Source: Candidatus Levyibacteriota bacterium (GTDB lineage: Bacteria > Patescibacteriota > Microgenomatia > Levybacterales > UBA12049). Taken from it: DNA of 64,000 nucleotides. The notes beneath the pieces were generated by a model that saw only the letters and a program-made list of their open reading frames with translations, was not told the origin of the DNA and searched no databases. The stretch covers positions 2,713 through 66,712 of the forward strand of contig JBBSGK010000001.1 in assembly GCA_038254115.1 (NCBI GenBank), written 5' to 3'. Made by a program: the position numbers and the translations under genes. Numbering within the stretch: position 1 is the stretch's first letter; each line of letters opens with the position of its first letter. Positions 8,840-19,028 of this stretch are shown in pieces.

Positions 8840-11080
8840 TTATATCTTCGTAACAGTTCCATTGTTGGTATTAAGCTTTATTGTATCACCGTTTTTTAGA
8901 ATCTCTGTTGCTGATTTCGTCCCAACAATGCAAGGAATACTTAGTTCCCGGCTTACAATTGCAGCGTGAGAGGTAAGTCCACCGGTATTGGTTATGATAG
9001 CTAATGCTTTACGCATTAATATAACGAATTCAGGACTTGTCGTCGGGCTGACAAGTATAGATCCTTCTTCAAAATCATCTTGGGGATCAAAAACTATGCT
9101 GACTTTTCCTGTAGTTATATTTTTTTTACCCTTACTTGCTACGATGCCTAATAATTGATTTTTTTCTGAGGTGCCTATTTGTTCCTTTGCGAAATTATTC
9201 CATGCAACTTCTGCTTCATCTAGCATTAAATTATTTTTTATAGTTGTTCCAATATATGCATGACTACTATTAGTATCCAGCTTCCCTGATTCTAAGGCTG
9301 TTATTATATCTTTGTAAAAATAATTTTCAAGAATATCGATATTTATATTTAGCAGAACTGATGCCCTCTTAAGTAGAGTGAATCTATAGAAATGGGTGAG
9401 AAGCGAAAGCCCTTTTCTTTTATCCTGCCAAATTATATTTTTCCAAATAAGATTGGACATTTTGACAATATTACCGGGTAAATTATATTTATCTATAATT
9501 TTTTTCTTTTCCTCCTTCGACATTTTAATTTTTTGTTTTACCTTTTCTTTTAAGTTCTTATCCAATTCTTTTTTTCTTTTCTCAAAAAAACTTAAGTTCA
9601 AAATTTTGGACCCTGAATAATTGTTCTGCAACCAAAAATAATTATTCAGATGTTTTTCCAAATCTGTTGCATTTGATAAATCAATTTCTTCCTGCTGGTT
9701 GTATGAGATCTCTTCAGGGGTTGTTAATATCTGGATTGCATCAGTAAGTTCTTTTTTATTTTTAATTATTCTTGAGAGATTTTCTTTTAACACTTCTGTT
9801 GACCCGTAATTTCCTAACTCAGCAGGAATTGTCGGCAGCCAAAAATTAACGGCCAACTTATAAAATTCCTGTATGATATTTTTTAAATCAGTTTTGGAAA
9901 GTGTATCTATTTTATTAGTCTCTAATTTATTTTGGAAATTCTCAAGTCTCGCAACTGCCATATCAAATTCTTGATGCCACTTAATCATATTTTTGTTCTT
10001 TAAAACATAGTCTGTGAATATTTTCATTCCTGATTCTGTCATTTCTTTTTGAACGCAGATCCATACCATTTGTACATTATGAAAAAGTAATAATGTTCCG
10101 GGAAAACTTGTACCCAGATATTTTTTAAGCTGTGAGGCAGCATCTACATAATCTGAAAGATAGAATATTTTCCCAGGCATTGGTCCCCAGCGAAAAAGTA
10201 TTTCGTTGTCCCACGGCGGGAGATTAGTTTTTTCTTTAACGTTTGATGGATCCGGAAGTGTAGTGATTGGTCTTGATTGGGTGATATAAAATCTACCTTT
10301 TTCAAATGCCCATTCGATGTCACATGGAAATCCATAATGATCTTCAATTCTTTTACCCAATTTAGTCAATTCTATAACCTGGTTATCATTAAGTGAAAAT
10401 TTATCTCTTAATTTTTCTGAAACATTAATAGATTTGTTTTTCTTGCCATCAAAAGCGTACATTTTATCTTTACTTCCCAAGTCTTTATTTAGGATTGAAA
10501 GTTTATTTTTGTCAACAATGTAATTATCGGGGGTAATTATTCCCTGTACAATATATTCGCCCAGTCCATATCCTGACTCAATTACTATTTCATCTTTATT
10601 TCCCGTTACTGGGTTTGCTGTGAATATTACTCCTGACACCTCACTATTAACCATCTTCTGGACAACAACAGCAACTGCCAGATCATCCTTTTTTGTTTTG
10701 TTGTCTTTTGCATATGCCTTTGCGCGGTCGGATTTGATAGAGCCAAAACATAGTATAATATTTTCCAGCAAATTTTCCCGGCTTACATTTAAATAACTCT
10801 CGAGTTGTCCGGCCCATGAGGCGCTTGAGGAATCTTCGGCAACAGCAGATGATCTGACTGCCACTCTTCCTGTTTTTAATTTATCGAAGGCAGATAAGAC
10901 TTCTTTTTTAAATGTTTCTGAAAAAGTTTTATCGCTAAAATCTTTAAATGCTTTAGTAGTTACGACAAATCCGGATGGAACAGGTATACCTGCATTTATC
11001 ATTTCTCTCAAAGATGCGCCCTTGCCTCCCGCTGTTGTAACATCATTTTTTGAAATGTCTTCAAATTTTTTTATATACAT
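8840..11080 (-). CDS. PEP-utilizing enzyme family phosphotransferase (ATP-grasp + central domain + His swivel; rifampin-phosphotransferase-like layout)
   Basis: GGKGASL, VAVRSSA.AED, DIEWA and QSRPIT at the N-terminus; GGLTSHAAIVSRELSIP at the C-terminus; no pyruvate-binding TIM barrel. Confidence 0.8.
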   Translation of the reverse strand: MYIKKFEDISKNDVTTAGGKGASLREMINAGIPVPSGFVVTTKAFKDFSDKTFSETFKKEVLSAFDKLKTGRVAVRSSAVAEDSSSASWAGQLESYLNVSRENLLENIILCFGSIKSDRAKAYAKDNKTKKDDLAVAVVVQKMVNSEVSGVIFTANPVTGNKDEIVIESGYGLGEYIVQGIITPDNYIVDKNKLSILNKDLGSKDKMYAFDGKKNKSINVSEKLRDKFSLNDNQVIELTKLGKRIEDHYGFPCDIEWAFEKGRFYITQSRPITTLPDPSNVKEKTNLPPWDNEILFRWGPMPGKIFYLSDYVDAASQLKKYLGTSFPGTLLLFHNVQMVWICVQKEMTESGMKIFTDYVLKNKNMIKWHQEFDMAVARLENFQNKLETNKIDTLSKTDLKNIIQEFYKLAVNFWLPTIPAELGNYGSTEVLKENLSRIIKNKKELTDAIQILTTPEEISYNQQEEIDLSNATDLEKHLNNYFWLQNNYSGSKILNLSFFEKRKKELDKNLKEKVKQKIKMSKEEKKKIIDKYNLPGNIVKMSNLIWKNIIWQDKRKGLSLLTHFYRFTLLKRASVLLNINIDILENYFYKDIITALESGKLDTNSSHAYIGTTIKNNLMLDEAEVAWNNFAKEQIGTSEKNQLLGIVASKGKKNITTGKVSIVFDPQDDFEEGSILVSPTTSPEFVILMRKALAIITNTGGLTSHAAIVSRELSIPCIVGTKSATEILKNGDTIKLNTNNGTVTKI

Positions 11081-11081
11081 C

Positions 11082-11654
11082 TTATCTAAACGGTTCTTCC
11101 GGATTGAGACCTAATTCTGCCCTCACTTTTTTTATTCGCTTTAAATACTCTTCAAAAATATCTGCTTGTTTATGTATTCTATAAAATCCTTCGGCATTTT
11201 TATAAAGTGAAGAATCAAGTACGTCAACATCTTTGACTATTTCTACATACGGATCATCCGAAATAATTTCTTTTTCGCTGTGATGGGCAACAGAATTTGA
11301 AATTGTTTTTATTTCCTCTTCCGTAAATCCTCCAACATCTCTTAAAATTTTTTCAGCAATTGGGGCACCCTTCGGTCCGTGATTTTTGTACGATCCGGTC
11401 GTAATTACATATATGTCATGAAGAGTGGATGCTGTTTCAGTAATTTCTACATTTAGATTTCTTTTTTGGGCGAGGATTCTTGCAATCTGCGTACATCCTG
11501 CAGCATGTTTTAATTCAAAGATTATTCCATTCTCCCTTTCTGAATCAGGAATTTTTGATTCAAGTATCATTTGAATTACTTTTCTCTCAACCTTTTCAAA
11601 TTTTGTTAAATCATTACCTTTATAGTGATGGAAATCTTTATATTGTTTGCTCAT
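11082..11654 (-). CDS. HD-domain phosphohydrolase
   Basis: H...LHDI...H...HH...DVDVLD metal ligands. Confidence 0.8.
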   Translation of the reverse strand: MSKQYKDFHHYKGNDLTKFEKVERKVIQMILESKIPDSERENGIIFELKHAAGCTQIARILAQKRNLNVEITETASTLHDIYVITTGSYKNHGPKGAPIAEKILRDVGGFTEEEIKTISNSVAHHSEKEIISDDPYVEIVKDVDVLDSSLYKNAEGFYRIHKQADIFEEYLKRIKKVRAELGLNPEEPFR

Positions 11655-11665
11655 TTATGTGAATA

Positions 11666-13123
11666 TTACTCTTTTGTGCCCCGTAAGTAAACCGCTTTCC
11701 AAGGGCGGTAGTTGGAGACAAATTTATCATCTGCAATTGTTTTTCCGTCTTTTTTGACACTCCGCGTGAAGTATACATTGGCTCCGCCTGCTGCAAAGTC
11801 AATTTGTTTGGTCTGTCCTTTTGGAAGAGTTGGGTCATCCTGGTATTCCGTCTCAGGCGCTGCGGATTGGCTCAAAATTACAGGTTTATTAATTATTGTT
11901 TCCCGAGTATCCCTGGTACCAAATAGCTGAAAAGTCAGACGCTGCTCCTGTAAATCTATAACGGTCTGGATCAATATATAATGACCTGTGTCATTTTTAA
12001 ATTTCAAATCAACACTGGGGGAATAAATCGCTGCATCAATCCCGGGCGGTGAGTCCTCTTCGTAATAACCGACTCTGTAGGCATGCTGATTGCGCTCGAC
12101 AATAGGCAAGCCTGCATTAAGCGCAGCACGAAAAAGAGTTGTTGAGACTTGGCAGACTCCTCCTCCATCTCCCAAAACAGTTTTCCCGCCAGATATAACA
12201 TACGCCTGCTTGTATCCGGTAAGAGACGTGATATCTCCGACTGTTTTGACAAAAGAAAAAGTTGCACCTGGTTTAATTAACGCTCCGTTGATTCTGGATG
12301 CTGCGAGGTTAACATTGTAAATCCTATTTTCTATCGAATGCCCAAAAAGCGATGTCCCCTCGGCAACAAGCTCTTTAATGCCGTAGTTATTAAGCTTCTC
12401 AGTTGAGACTTTTGGCTCAATTATTTTTATAGGGATATTTAATACAAAAACATGAGGTTTACCTGACGCGGCAATAGTATTCATTTCTGATAATATTTCA
12501 CTCTTCAGTTTTTCTTTATCAAGACCTTTCCCATTTTTGGAGAGCTTGAATGCTACAACACGTCCGTTTTCAAAGTTAAAGAGTCCTTCTACGGGATCAG
12601 TATTAATTTTTTTAGATAGGGGTGAAATTAGTTGATCCAATCTTTCTTCCTTATAATGGGTAGCCGGTGGAAGATGTATTCCTCCTACATATGCTTGCAG
12701 AACAATACTAATGTCGGAAAGGAGATTTCCCGATCTGCCGATTGTATATGCCTGCTGAGACAAAAGATCCTCATCGTAACCGAAATCTATTTGTTTTGCA
12801 GAAATTGTTGCTACTGTGTCATCTGAACTAAGGGTAAAAACGCTTTCCTGAATGTCTTTATTTTTTTTGGCAAAGTAGTTTTTTATTTTTTCCCGACTAT
12901 CACCCCCGAATTCGGTCCCGTTTACGTAAACACCTTCATAAATCTTGTCTGTATAATTTGTACGGTATGAAAGATAAATAAAGCTCACAAAGAAGAAAAA
13001 ACCTATTATTATTCCCAATGCAAACCAAAATGTAATTTTTGCAAACCTCTTGAATGGTTTTTCCTTTGCTGGAGGTGCTTTTTTAACTTTTATCTTCTTA
13101 GGCTTTGATGAAACCGTTTCCAT
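11666..13123 (-). CDS. VanW family protein (PG-binding and G5-like domains)
   Basis: TM anchor; GGGVCQVSTTLFRAAL, DAAIYSP.VDLKFKN and FVSNYRPW. Confidence 0.9.
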   Translation of the reverse strand: METVSSKPKKIKVKKAPPAKEKPFKRFAKITFWFALGIIIGFFFFVSFIYLSYRTNYTDKIYEGVYVNGTEFGGDSREKIKNYFAKKNKDIQESVFTLSSDDTVATISAKQIDFGYDEDLLSQQAYTIGRSGNLLSDISIVLQAYVGGIHLPPATHYKEERLDQLISPLSKKINTDPVEGLFNFENGRVVAFKLSKNGKGLDKEKLKSEILSEMNTIAASGKPHVFVLNIPIKIIEPKVSTEKLNNYGIKELVAEGTSLFGHSIENRIYNVNLAASRINGALIKPGATFSFVKTVGDITSLTGYKQAYVISGGKTVLGDGGGVCQVSTTLFRAALNAGLPIVERNQHAYRVGYYEEDSPPGIDAAIYSPSVDLKFKNDTGHYILIQTVIDLQEQRLTFQLFGTRDTRETIINKPVILSQSAAPETEYQDDPTLPKGQTKQIDFAAGGANVYFTRSVKKDGKTIADDKFVSNYRPWKAVYLRGTKE

Positions 13124-13162
13124 ATTTGTGGTAAAGGTATTATACTATAAATATCGACTATT

Positions 13163-14677
13163 ATGGACGAGAATGTAGTATTTGATCCTGAAAATAAAAA
13201 CGCTCAAGAGTCTTCACAGGCGAATGTTGTTGTGAAGCAGCCAGTAGACACAGTTCCTCAGCAAACGACAGCTGACACGCCTCAGAATGTTGAGGTAGCC
13301 CCCGTTACATCAGCAAATCCGGGACGAGATACGGGTGATGTTCCACCCAGTGATCCGCCGCCGATAAGATCAGGTATATCTGGAGGCGGAATTTTGAAAA
13401 AAATTATTATTGGCGTAATTATTTTAATAATTCTAATTGTTATTATTTTCATTTTTATCCCTAAAGGAAATGGCAATAAAAAAGCAAAACTGGTTTGGTG
13501 GGGATTGTGGGAGGATCAGGCAACCATGCAGCCTTTAATTTCAGATTTTCAGAAAGCACACCCCAACATTACTGTTGAATATATCAAACAAGACCCAAAG
13601 CAATATAGAGAAAAACTTATGACACGGATTAAAAATGGAACAGGTCCGGATATTTTCCGTTTTCACAATACCTGGGTTCCAATGCTTTCTGATGTATTAT
13701 CGCCGTTATCCTCAGATGTAATAACTGCCTCTGAATTTAAAAAGAATTATTATCCTGTTATGCAAAAAGATTTAACCCAAAATGGGGGAATTTATGGGAT
13801 TCCATTGGGTGCAGATTCTCTAGCACTTTTTGTTAACACAGATATTTTAGAGAAAGCAGGAGTCTCACCCCCCCCAAATTGGGTCGATTTTATAACAGTA
13901 GCCCGCGCTCTTACAGTAAAAGACCCGGAAACAAAAAAAATAAAAACTGCCGGGGCAGCCCTGGGTACATATGGGAATATAACGCATGCGCCAGATATTA
14001 TTTCTCTTCTTTTTATCCAACAAGGTGTTGATATAAAGAAATTTCCATCTTCAGGAGCTAACCAAATTGAAGCTCTTGATTTTTATACTAAATTTGCCAA
14101 GGGAGATAATACCGTTTGGGATAGCACGCTTGATGAATCTATTCTCGCTTTCGCCCGGGGAAATCTTGCTATGTACATTGGTTTTTCATGGGATATATTT
14201 AGAATCAAAACTCTCAACAAGGACCTTTCATTTAGTACTCATCCGGTCCCGCAACTTGTCGGTCAAAAAGCAACTCTTGCAAGTTATTGGGTTGAGGGTG
14301 TATCCGCAAAAAGCCCAAATCAAAAAGCGGCATTGCAGTTTATGCAGTATTTGAGCAAGAAAGAAACAGCCCAAAAGTTTTATAGTACAGTTAGCAAAAC
14401 CCGCCCATTTGGAGAACCTTTCCCGAGGCGCGACTTGGCAGCCTCATTAAAAGATAATAAGCTGGTATATCCATTCGTAACTCAGCTTGAAAGCGCTTCA
14501 TCTTCGTATTTTGCAAGCGATACAAATGATGGAGAAGGAGGTATAAATTTTCTTGTGAATACTTATCTTGGAAACACTGTGAACGCAATGGTCAGTGACA
14601 ATAGTTCGCCTCAAACGGTTGTTGAGACACTAGACAAGGGAGTTGGACAGGTTTATCAAAAATATGGAATACAATAA
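13163..14677 (+). CDS. ABC transporter extracellular solute-binding protein (carbohydrate family 1), membrane-anchored
   Basis: Low-complexity N-terminus and TM, then LVWWG, GPDIF, IYGIP, FARGNLAMY. Confidence 0.85.
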   Translation: MDENVVFDPENKNAQESSQANVVVKQPVDTVPQQTTADTPQNVEVAPVTSANPGRDTGDVPPSDPPPIRSGISGGGILKKIIIGVIILIILIVIIFIFIPKGNGNKKAKLVWWGLWEDQATMQPLISDFQKAHPNITVEYIKQDPKQYREKLMTRIKNGTGPDIFRFHNTWVPMLSDVLSPLSSDVITASEFKKNYYPVMQKDLTQNGGIYGIPLGADSLALFVNTDILEKAGVSPPPNWVDFITVARALTVKDPETKKIKTAGAALGTYGNITHAPDIISLLFIQQGVDIKKFPSSGANQIEALDFYTKFAKGDNTVWDSTLDESILAFARGNLAMYIGFSWDIFRIKTLNKDLSFSTHPVPQLVGQKATLASYWVEGVSAKSPNQKAALQFMQYLSKKETAQKFYSTVSKTRPFGEPFPRRDLAASLKDNKLVYPFVTQLESASSSYFASDTNDGEGGINFLVNTYLGNTVNAMVSDNSSPQTVVETLDKGVGQVYQKYGIQ

Positions 14678-15626
14678 TCAAGCACAGGTTTTGAAAGCCA
14701 TTGACTCAGCGTGGCGTGCCCGCCTTGCTGCGAGGCGAGCAATCCTAAAAACCCTTTTATATAGCGATATTTTTGATTTTCCACTGAGTCGTATTGAGCT
14801 GTGGGAGTTTTTAGTAGCAGATAGAGATATAAGAAAAGATGTCTTTGAGCAAGCACTGGATAATTTATTACAAGTTGGATCCATTAGTCGCCGCGGTCAG
14901 TACTATTGCTTAGATGGAAAAATAAAAAATATTGAAAAGAGACTGAAAAATCTTCCGGAGGTTTCGAAGAAGTTGTTGATTGCGCAAAAAGCCGCGCGTT
15001 TCTTATCTTTTGTTCCGACAATCCAATTTATTGGAATAAGCGGGGGGCTCGCTATGCTAGACGCTGGAGAACAGGATGACATTGATTTTTTCGTAATTGT
15101 AAAAAGAAAAACAATTTTTATTACCAGGATTTGGATATTGGGGATACTTCAAATGCTAAAACTTAGAAGGACAAGGACAGATAGTAATCCGGCAGATAAA
15201 ATTTGCGTTAATTTTATGCTTGATGAGGACAACCTAAACTTTTCTAAAGAAAAGCGCGATATTTATATAGCTCACGAGATTGTTCAAGTAAAACCGCTTT
15301 TTGAAAGAGATAATACATATTCAAAATTTCTGAGAGCAAATACTTGGGTAAAAAAATTTTTTCCAAACTCTCAGCCACAACACTCTTACCTTTTGCGCAA
15401 AAACTCCGCGCTTCATGACTGTTTTAAGACATTTACTTTTCTTCTCCAGTTCAAGCCGTTTACCAATTTATTAAAATGGGCTCAGATCAGGTATTTAAAG
15501 AGGCATCAAACTATTGAAAAAGTCTCAGATCGCAGCATTGCATTTCACCCAAATGATTATAGGGTACAAACCATTAGGAAAATGAACCTAAAGCTTCGGC
15601 AATTAGGTTTATTGACAAACTTCTGA
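14664..15626 (+). CDS. Conserved hypothetical protein with nucleotidyltransferase-like motif
   Basis: TLLYSDIFDFPLS; GISGGLA...DDIDFF (GS-x-DxD-like); KICVNF and YIAHEI. Confidence 0.65.
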   Translation: MEYNNQAQVLKAIDSAWRARLAARRAILKTLLYSDIFDFPLSRIELWEFLVADRDIRKDVFEQALDNLLQVGSISRRGQYYCLDGKIKNIEKRLKNLPEVSKKLLIAQKAARFLSFVPTIQFIGISGGLAMLDAGEQDDIDFFVIVKRKTIFITRIWILGILQMLKLRRTRTDSNPADKICVNFMLDEDNLNFSKEKRDIYIAHEIVQVKPLFERDNTYSKFLRANTWVKKFFPNSQPQHSYLLRKNSALHDCFKTFTFLLQFKPFTNLLKWAQIRYLKRHQTIEKVSDRSIAFHPNDYRVQTIRKMNLKLRQLGLLTNF

Positions 15627-15640
15627 ATATTATTTATACT
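15612..15640 (+). promoter_or_regulatory. sigma70-type promoter for greA
   Basis: TTGACA-17 nt-TATACT. Confidence 0.75.
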
Positions 15641-15670
15641 TTCACAGAATTAGCTTAGCTATTCATTTAT

Positions 15671-15702
15671 TCCCTCCATCATTCAGTGTTGAGGGATTTT
15701 TT
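15671..15702 (+). terminator. Intrinsic terminator-like hairpin in the greA leader
   Basis: TCCCTC...GAGGGA stem followed by TTTTTT, between the promoter and the greA ATG. Confidence 0.6.
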
Positions 15703-15716
15703 ATAAATAATTTAAT

Positions 15717-16193
15717 ATGAGCTTGAGCAATAAAAAAATTTATTTGACTCCAAAGGGTTTGGAGGATCTTAAAAAAGAATATGACCAGCTAGTCACGACA
15801 CGGCGTAAGGAAGTTGTTGAAAGACTTTCCTCAGCCCGCGAGATGGGGGATCTGTCGGAAAATGCAGAATATACTGCGGCCCGTGAGGAGTTGGCATTTA
15901 TTGATGGGAGAATTGAGGAGCTTGAGATGCTTTTGAAACAAGCTGTTGTTATAACTGATGCAGGTCACCACGGTGGAAAAATTGTTGATCTGGGTTCAAA
16001 AGTGACTGTAAAGGTAAAAGATAAAGAAGAAATCTTCACTTTGGTGGGTGAGTGGGAAGCTGATCCTACTGATAAAAAGATATCTCACGAATCACCACTT
16101 GGGAAAGCGCTGATTGGGAAAACTGTTGGGGATGATATTGAAGTCGAAGCTCCTGCTGGCAAAATGGTCTACACAATTGTTGAGATAAAATAA
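15717..16193 (+). CDS. greA: Transcription elongation factor GreA
   Basis: GDLSENAEY and ISHESPLGKALIG. Confidence 0.96.
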   Translation: MSLSNKKIYLTPKGLEDLKKEYDQLVTTRRKEVVERLSSAREMGDLSENAEYTAAREELAFIDGRIEELEMLLKQAVVITDAGHHGGKIVDLGSKVTVKVKDKEEIFTLVGEWEADPTDKKISHESPLGKALIGKTVGDDIEVEAPAGKMVYTIVEIK

Positions 16194-16253
16194 TATATTT
16201 TTTTAAACATTGACCTCATAACTCCTAAGATTTATAATACAAACACCTAAAAT

Positions 16254-19028
16254 ATGGACCGTGATATTGAAAAAATCAAAGCCTATACCCGCGCCGCCAA
16301 TTATTTGACGGTGTCACAAATTTATCTCAAAGATAATTTTCTTCTCGATAGGCCTCTAAAACCTGATGATATCAAGCCGAGACTTGCCGGACACTGGGGG
16401 ACTTGTCCCGGGGTTAATTTTGTTTATGCGCATTTGAATCATCTTGTCAAAAAGCACAAGCAATCATCAATTTTTGTTCTGGGGCCGGGCCATGGAATGG
16501 GAGGGCTTCAGGCAAATTTATTTCTTGAGGGAACACTGCAGAAGTACTACAGTGAGGCTAAGCGGGATGAAAAAGGAATTGGATACATTTCAAAGCGGTA
16601 CACATGGCCATATGGATTTTCAAGCCACAGCAGTCCTGAGACTCCAGGATTAATACTTGAAGGCGGGGAATTAGGCTACTCGTTATCTAGCGCTTATGGT
16701 GCTATTCTGGACAATCCCGATTTGCTTGCTGCATGTTTGATAGGGGATGGGGAAGCCGAAACAGGCGCAATTGCGGGAGCGTGGCATATCAACAAACTGA
16801 TTGATCCTGCAACCAATGGCGCTGTCTTACCGATCCTTCATGTTAATGGGTATAAAATTTCAGGTCCTACAATCTTTGGCCGGATGAGTAATAAAGAGCT
16901 TGAGGAATTATTTAGCGGATATGGGTATGAACCATTTTTTGTTGAAGGCAAAGATTTGGATGAGCAAATGTATAAAACTCTTGAGATATGCTATCAACGT
17001 ATCAAAAATATCCAACAAGTTGCCCGGGGTATTAATCCACCATTTAAGCCCCGTTTCCCAATGATTGTTATGCGGACTCCAAAAGGGATGACAACTGTTA
17101 AAGAGTTAAGGGGGCAAAAAATAGAAGGAACTATTCTTTCACACCATGTTGTAATGCCTACTGTTAAAGGCGATGAACACGAACTTCAAGCGCTTGAGGC
17201 ATGGCTTAAGTCATATCATTTCGAAGAATTGTTTGATAAAAAGAAAGGCTTTTCACAAGATATTCTGGACAACATTCCACCAGACAAATTTTTAATTGGT
17301 GACAATCCTCATATGTTCGGAAAAAAATACAAGCCTCTTATTTTGCCAAAAAGTAAAGAATTAGAAAAGGCGGTTGCAACACCAGGTGAGATACAGTCAA
17401 ATTCCATGCGTATGGCAGGAGTTTATCTGAAAGAGATTTTTACGCTTAATAAAAAAGAAAACAATTTTCGCCTGATGTCACCTGATGAGACTTATTCCAA
17501 TCGGCTTGATAATGTATTTGAAGTGACTGGGCGGGCATGGGTTTGGCCGCATGAGGAAGGGGATCGCGATATGACTAGGTCGGGTAAGGTCATGGAAATG
17601 CTTTCTGAGCAAAACTTACACGGGCTTGCTCAGGGATATACGTTAACTGGAAGACATGTTGCATTCACTACGTATGAAGCTTTCGCGCAAATTTTTGCCA
17701 GCATGGCACACACTTATCAAAAGTTTCTTAAATATGTAAGGAAAATGCCATGGAGACAGGATATCCCCAGTCTTAATTATTTTATAACCTCAACCGTTTG
17801 GAGGCAGGAACGAGATGGTTATTCTCACCAGAATCCGGGGTTTATCTCCGGCATGCTTGAGAAGCATAATGATTTTATCAAAGCCTATTTTCCGGTTGAT
17901 GATAATAGTATGCTAGCAACACTTGACGAAACAATGGCTTCAAAAAATCAGATAAATATTATAACTGCCGGTAAAACACCAGAACCCCGTTGGTTGACAT
18001 ATGCACAAGCAAAAAAATCACTTGAGCAGGGTCTTTCTACGTGGGAATTTGCGAGTGATGAGAATCCACACATTGTTTTGGTTGGAGTTGGAGATTATGT
18101 GACCAAAGAGGCAATGGCTGCAATTGAGACGATTAAGTTGGATGCTTCAGAGATTAGAATTCGATTTGTAAATATTGCCCGCCTGCAGGCTGCTTGTGAA
18201 TGCGAGGATGAATTTCATCCTCAAATTCCTGAGGCTGAAAAATACTTCACAGTTGATAAGCCGGTGATTGTCAACTTTCATGGATATCCTGAAGCCATGC
18301 AGTCAATATTGTTTGGTGTCAAGAATCCTCAGCGTTTTTCAGTTCATGGATATAACGAATGGGGAGGAACAACGACGCCTTTTGATTTGTTAGTCCGAAA
18401 CAGGACAGACAGATATCATTTGGCAATTGAAGTTGCTGAGACTATGGCAAAAGAGGAAGTCATAACGCATGAGAAAAAAGAAGTGTTGATTAATAAATAC
18501 AAAAAAGCTCTGTCAGATCACCATGATTATATTGTGAAAAATGGTTGTGAGCCAGCAGAAATTGAAAATTGGCAATGGTTAGGAAAACAGTCAGAAAAAG
18601 TGACAGTAAGTGAAATAAATCATAATGAAATTTTAAAAAGTGCCCGCACAATTGCATTTATTGGTTTGTCAGATAATCCCGAGAGACACAGTAACCGGGT
18701 AGCGAAATATTTCCAAAATAAAGGATATCGGATCATTCCGGTTAATCCAAATGTTGAGGAGGTACTGGGTGAGAAATCATACAAAACTTTTACATCAATT
18801 CCGATAGATACTCATATTGATATAGTAGATATTTTCAGAAAGCCTGCGGATGCAATAGCGCATATGAGGGAAATTGTTGAGCGGGGAGGCATAAAAACGG
18901 TCTGGCTTGCAGATGGTGTAAATAGTCCGGAAGCTGAAGATTTCGCAGAGGATTATGGTCTTTCTATGGTTACTAATTATTGTATAATGGATGCATACAA
19001 GGATCTGGAAAAACAAAAAATTATATGA
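16254..19028 (+). CDS. xfp: Phosphoketolase (XFP) fused to a C-terminal CoA-binding (YccU-like) domain
   Basis: GHWGTCPG, EGGELGY, GDGEAETG, SPDETYSNRL and DGYSHQNPG; from ~18625 a CoA-binding domain (TIAFIGLSDNPER.S, IIPVNP, DIVDIFRK, NYCI). Confidence 0.9.
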   Translation: MDRDIEKIKAYTRAANYLTVSQIYLKDNFLLDRPLKPDDIKPRLAGHWGTCPGVNFVYAHLNHLVKKHKQSSIFVLGPGHGMGGLQANLFLEGTLQKYYSEAKRDEKGIGYISKRYTWPYGFSSHSSPETPGLILEGGELGYSLSSAYGAILDNPDLLAACLIGDGEAETGAIAGAWHINKLIDPATNGAVLPILHVNGYKISGPTIFGRMSNKELEELFSGYGYEPFFVEGKDLDEQMYKTLEICYQRIKNIQQVARGINPPFKPRFPMIVMRTPKGMTTVKELRGQKIEGTILSHHVVMPTVKGDEHELQALEAWLKSYHFEELFDKKKGFSQDILDNIPPDKFLIGDNPHMFGKKYKPLILPKSKELEKAVATPGEIQSNSMRMAGVYLKEIFTLNKKENNFRLMSPDETYSNRLDNVFEVTGRAWVWPHEEGDRDMTRSGKVMEMLSEQNLHGLAQGYTLTGRHVAFTTYEAFAQIFASMAHTYQKFLKYVRKMPWRQDIPSLNYFITSTVWRQERDGYSHQNPGFISGMLEKHNDFIKAYFPVDDNSMLATLDETMASKNQINIITAGKTPEPRWLTYAQAKKSLEQGLSTWEFASDENPHIVLVGVGDYVTKEAMAAIETIKLDASEIRIRFVNIARLQAACECEDEFHPQIPEAEKYFTVDKPVIVNFHGYPEAMQSILFGVKNPQRFSVHGYNEWGGTTTPFDLLVRNRTDRYHLAIEVAETMAKEEVITHEKKEVLINKYKKALSDHHDYIVKNGCEPAEIENWQWLGKQSEKVTVSEINHNEILKSARTIAFIGLSDNPERHSNRVAKYFQNKGYRIIPVNPNVEEVLGEKSYKTFTSIPIDTHIDIVDIFRKPADAIAHMREIVERGGIKTVWLADGVNSPEAEDFAEDYGLSMVTNYCIMDAYKDLEKQKII

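Noticed and set aside
11666-13123. vanW as a vancomycin-resistance locus
   Set aside because: No vanHAX or vanRS; stand-alone VanW-domain proteins are common.
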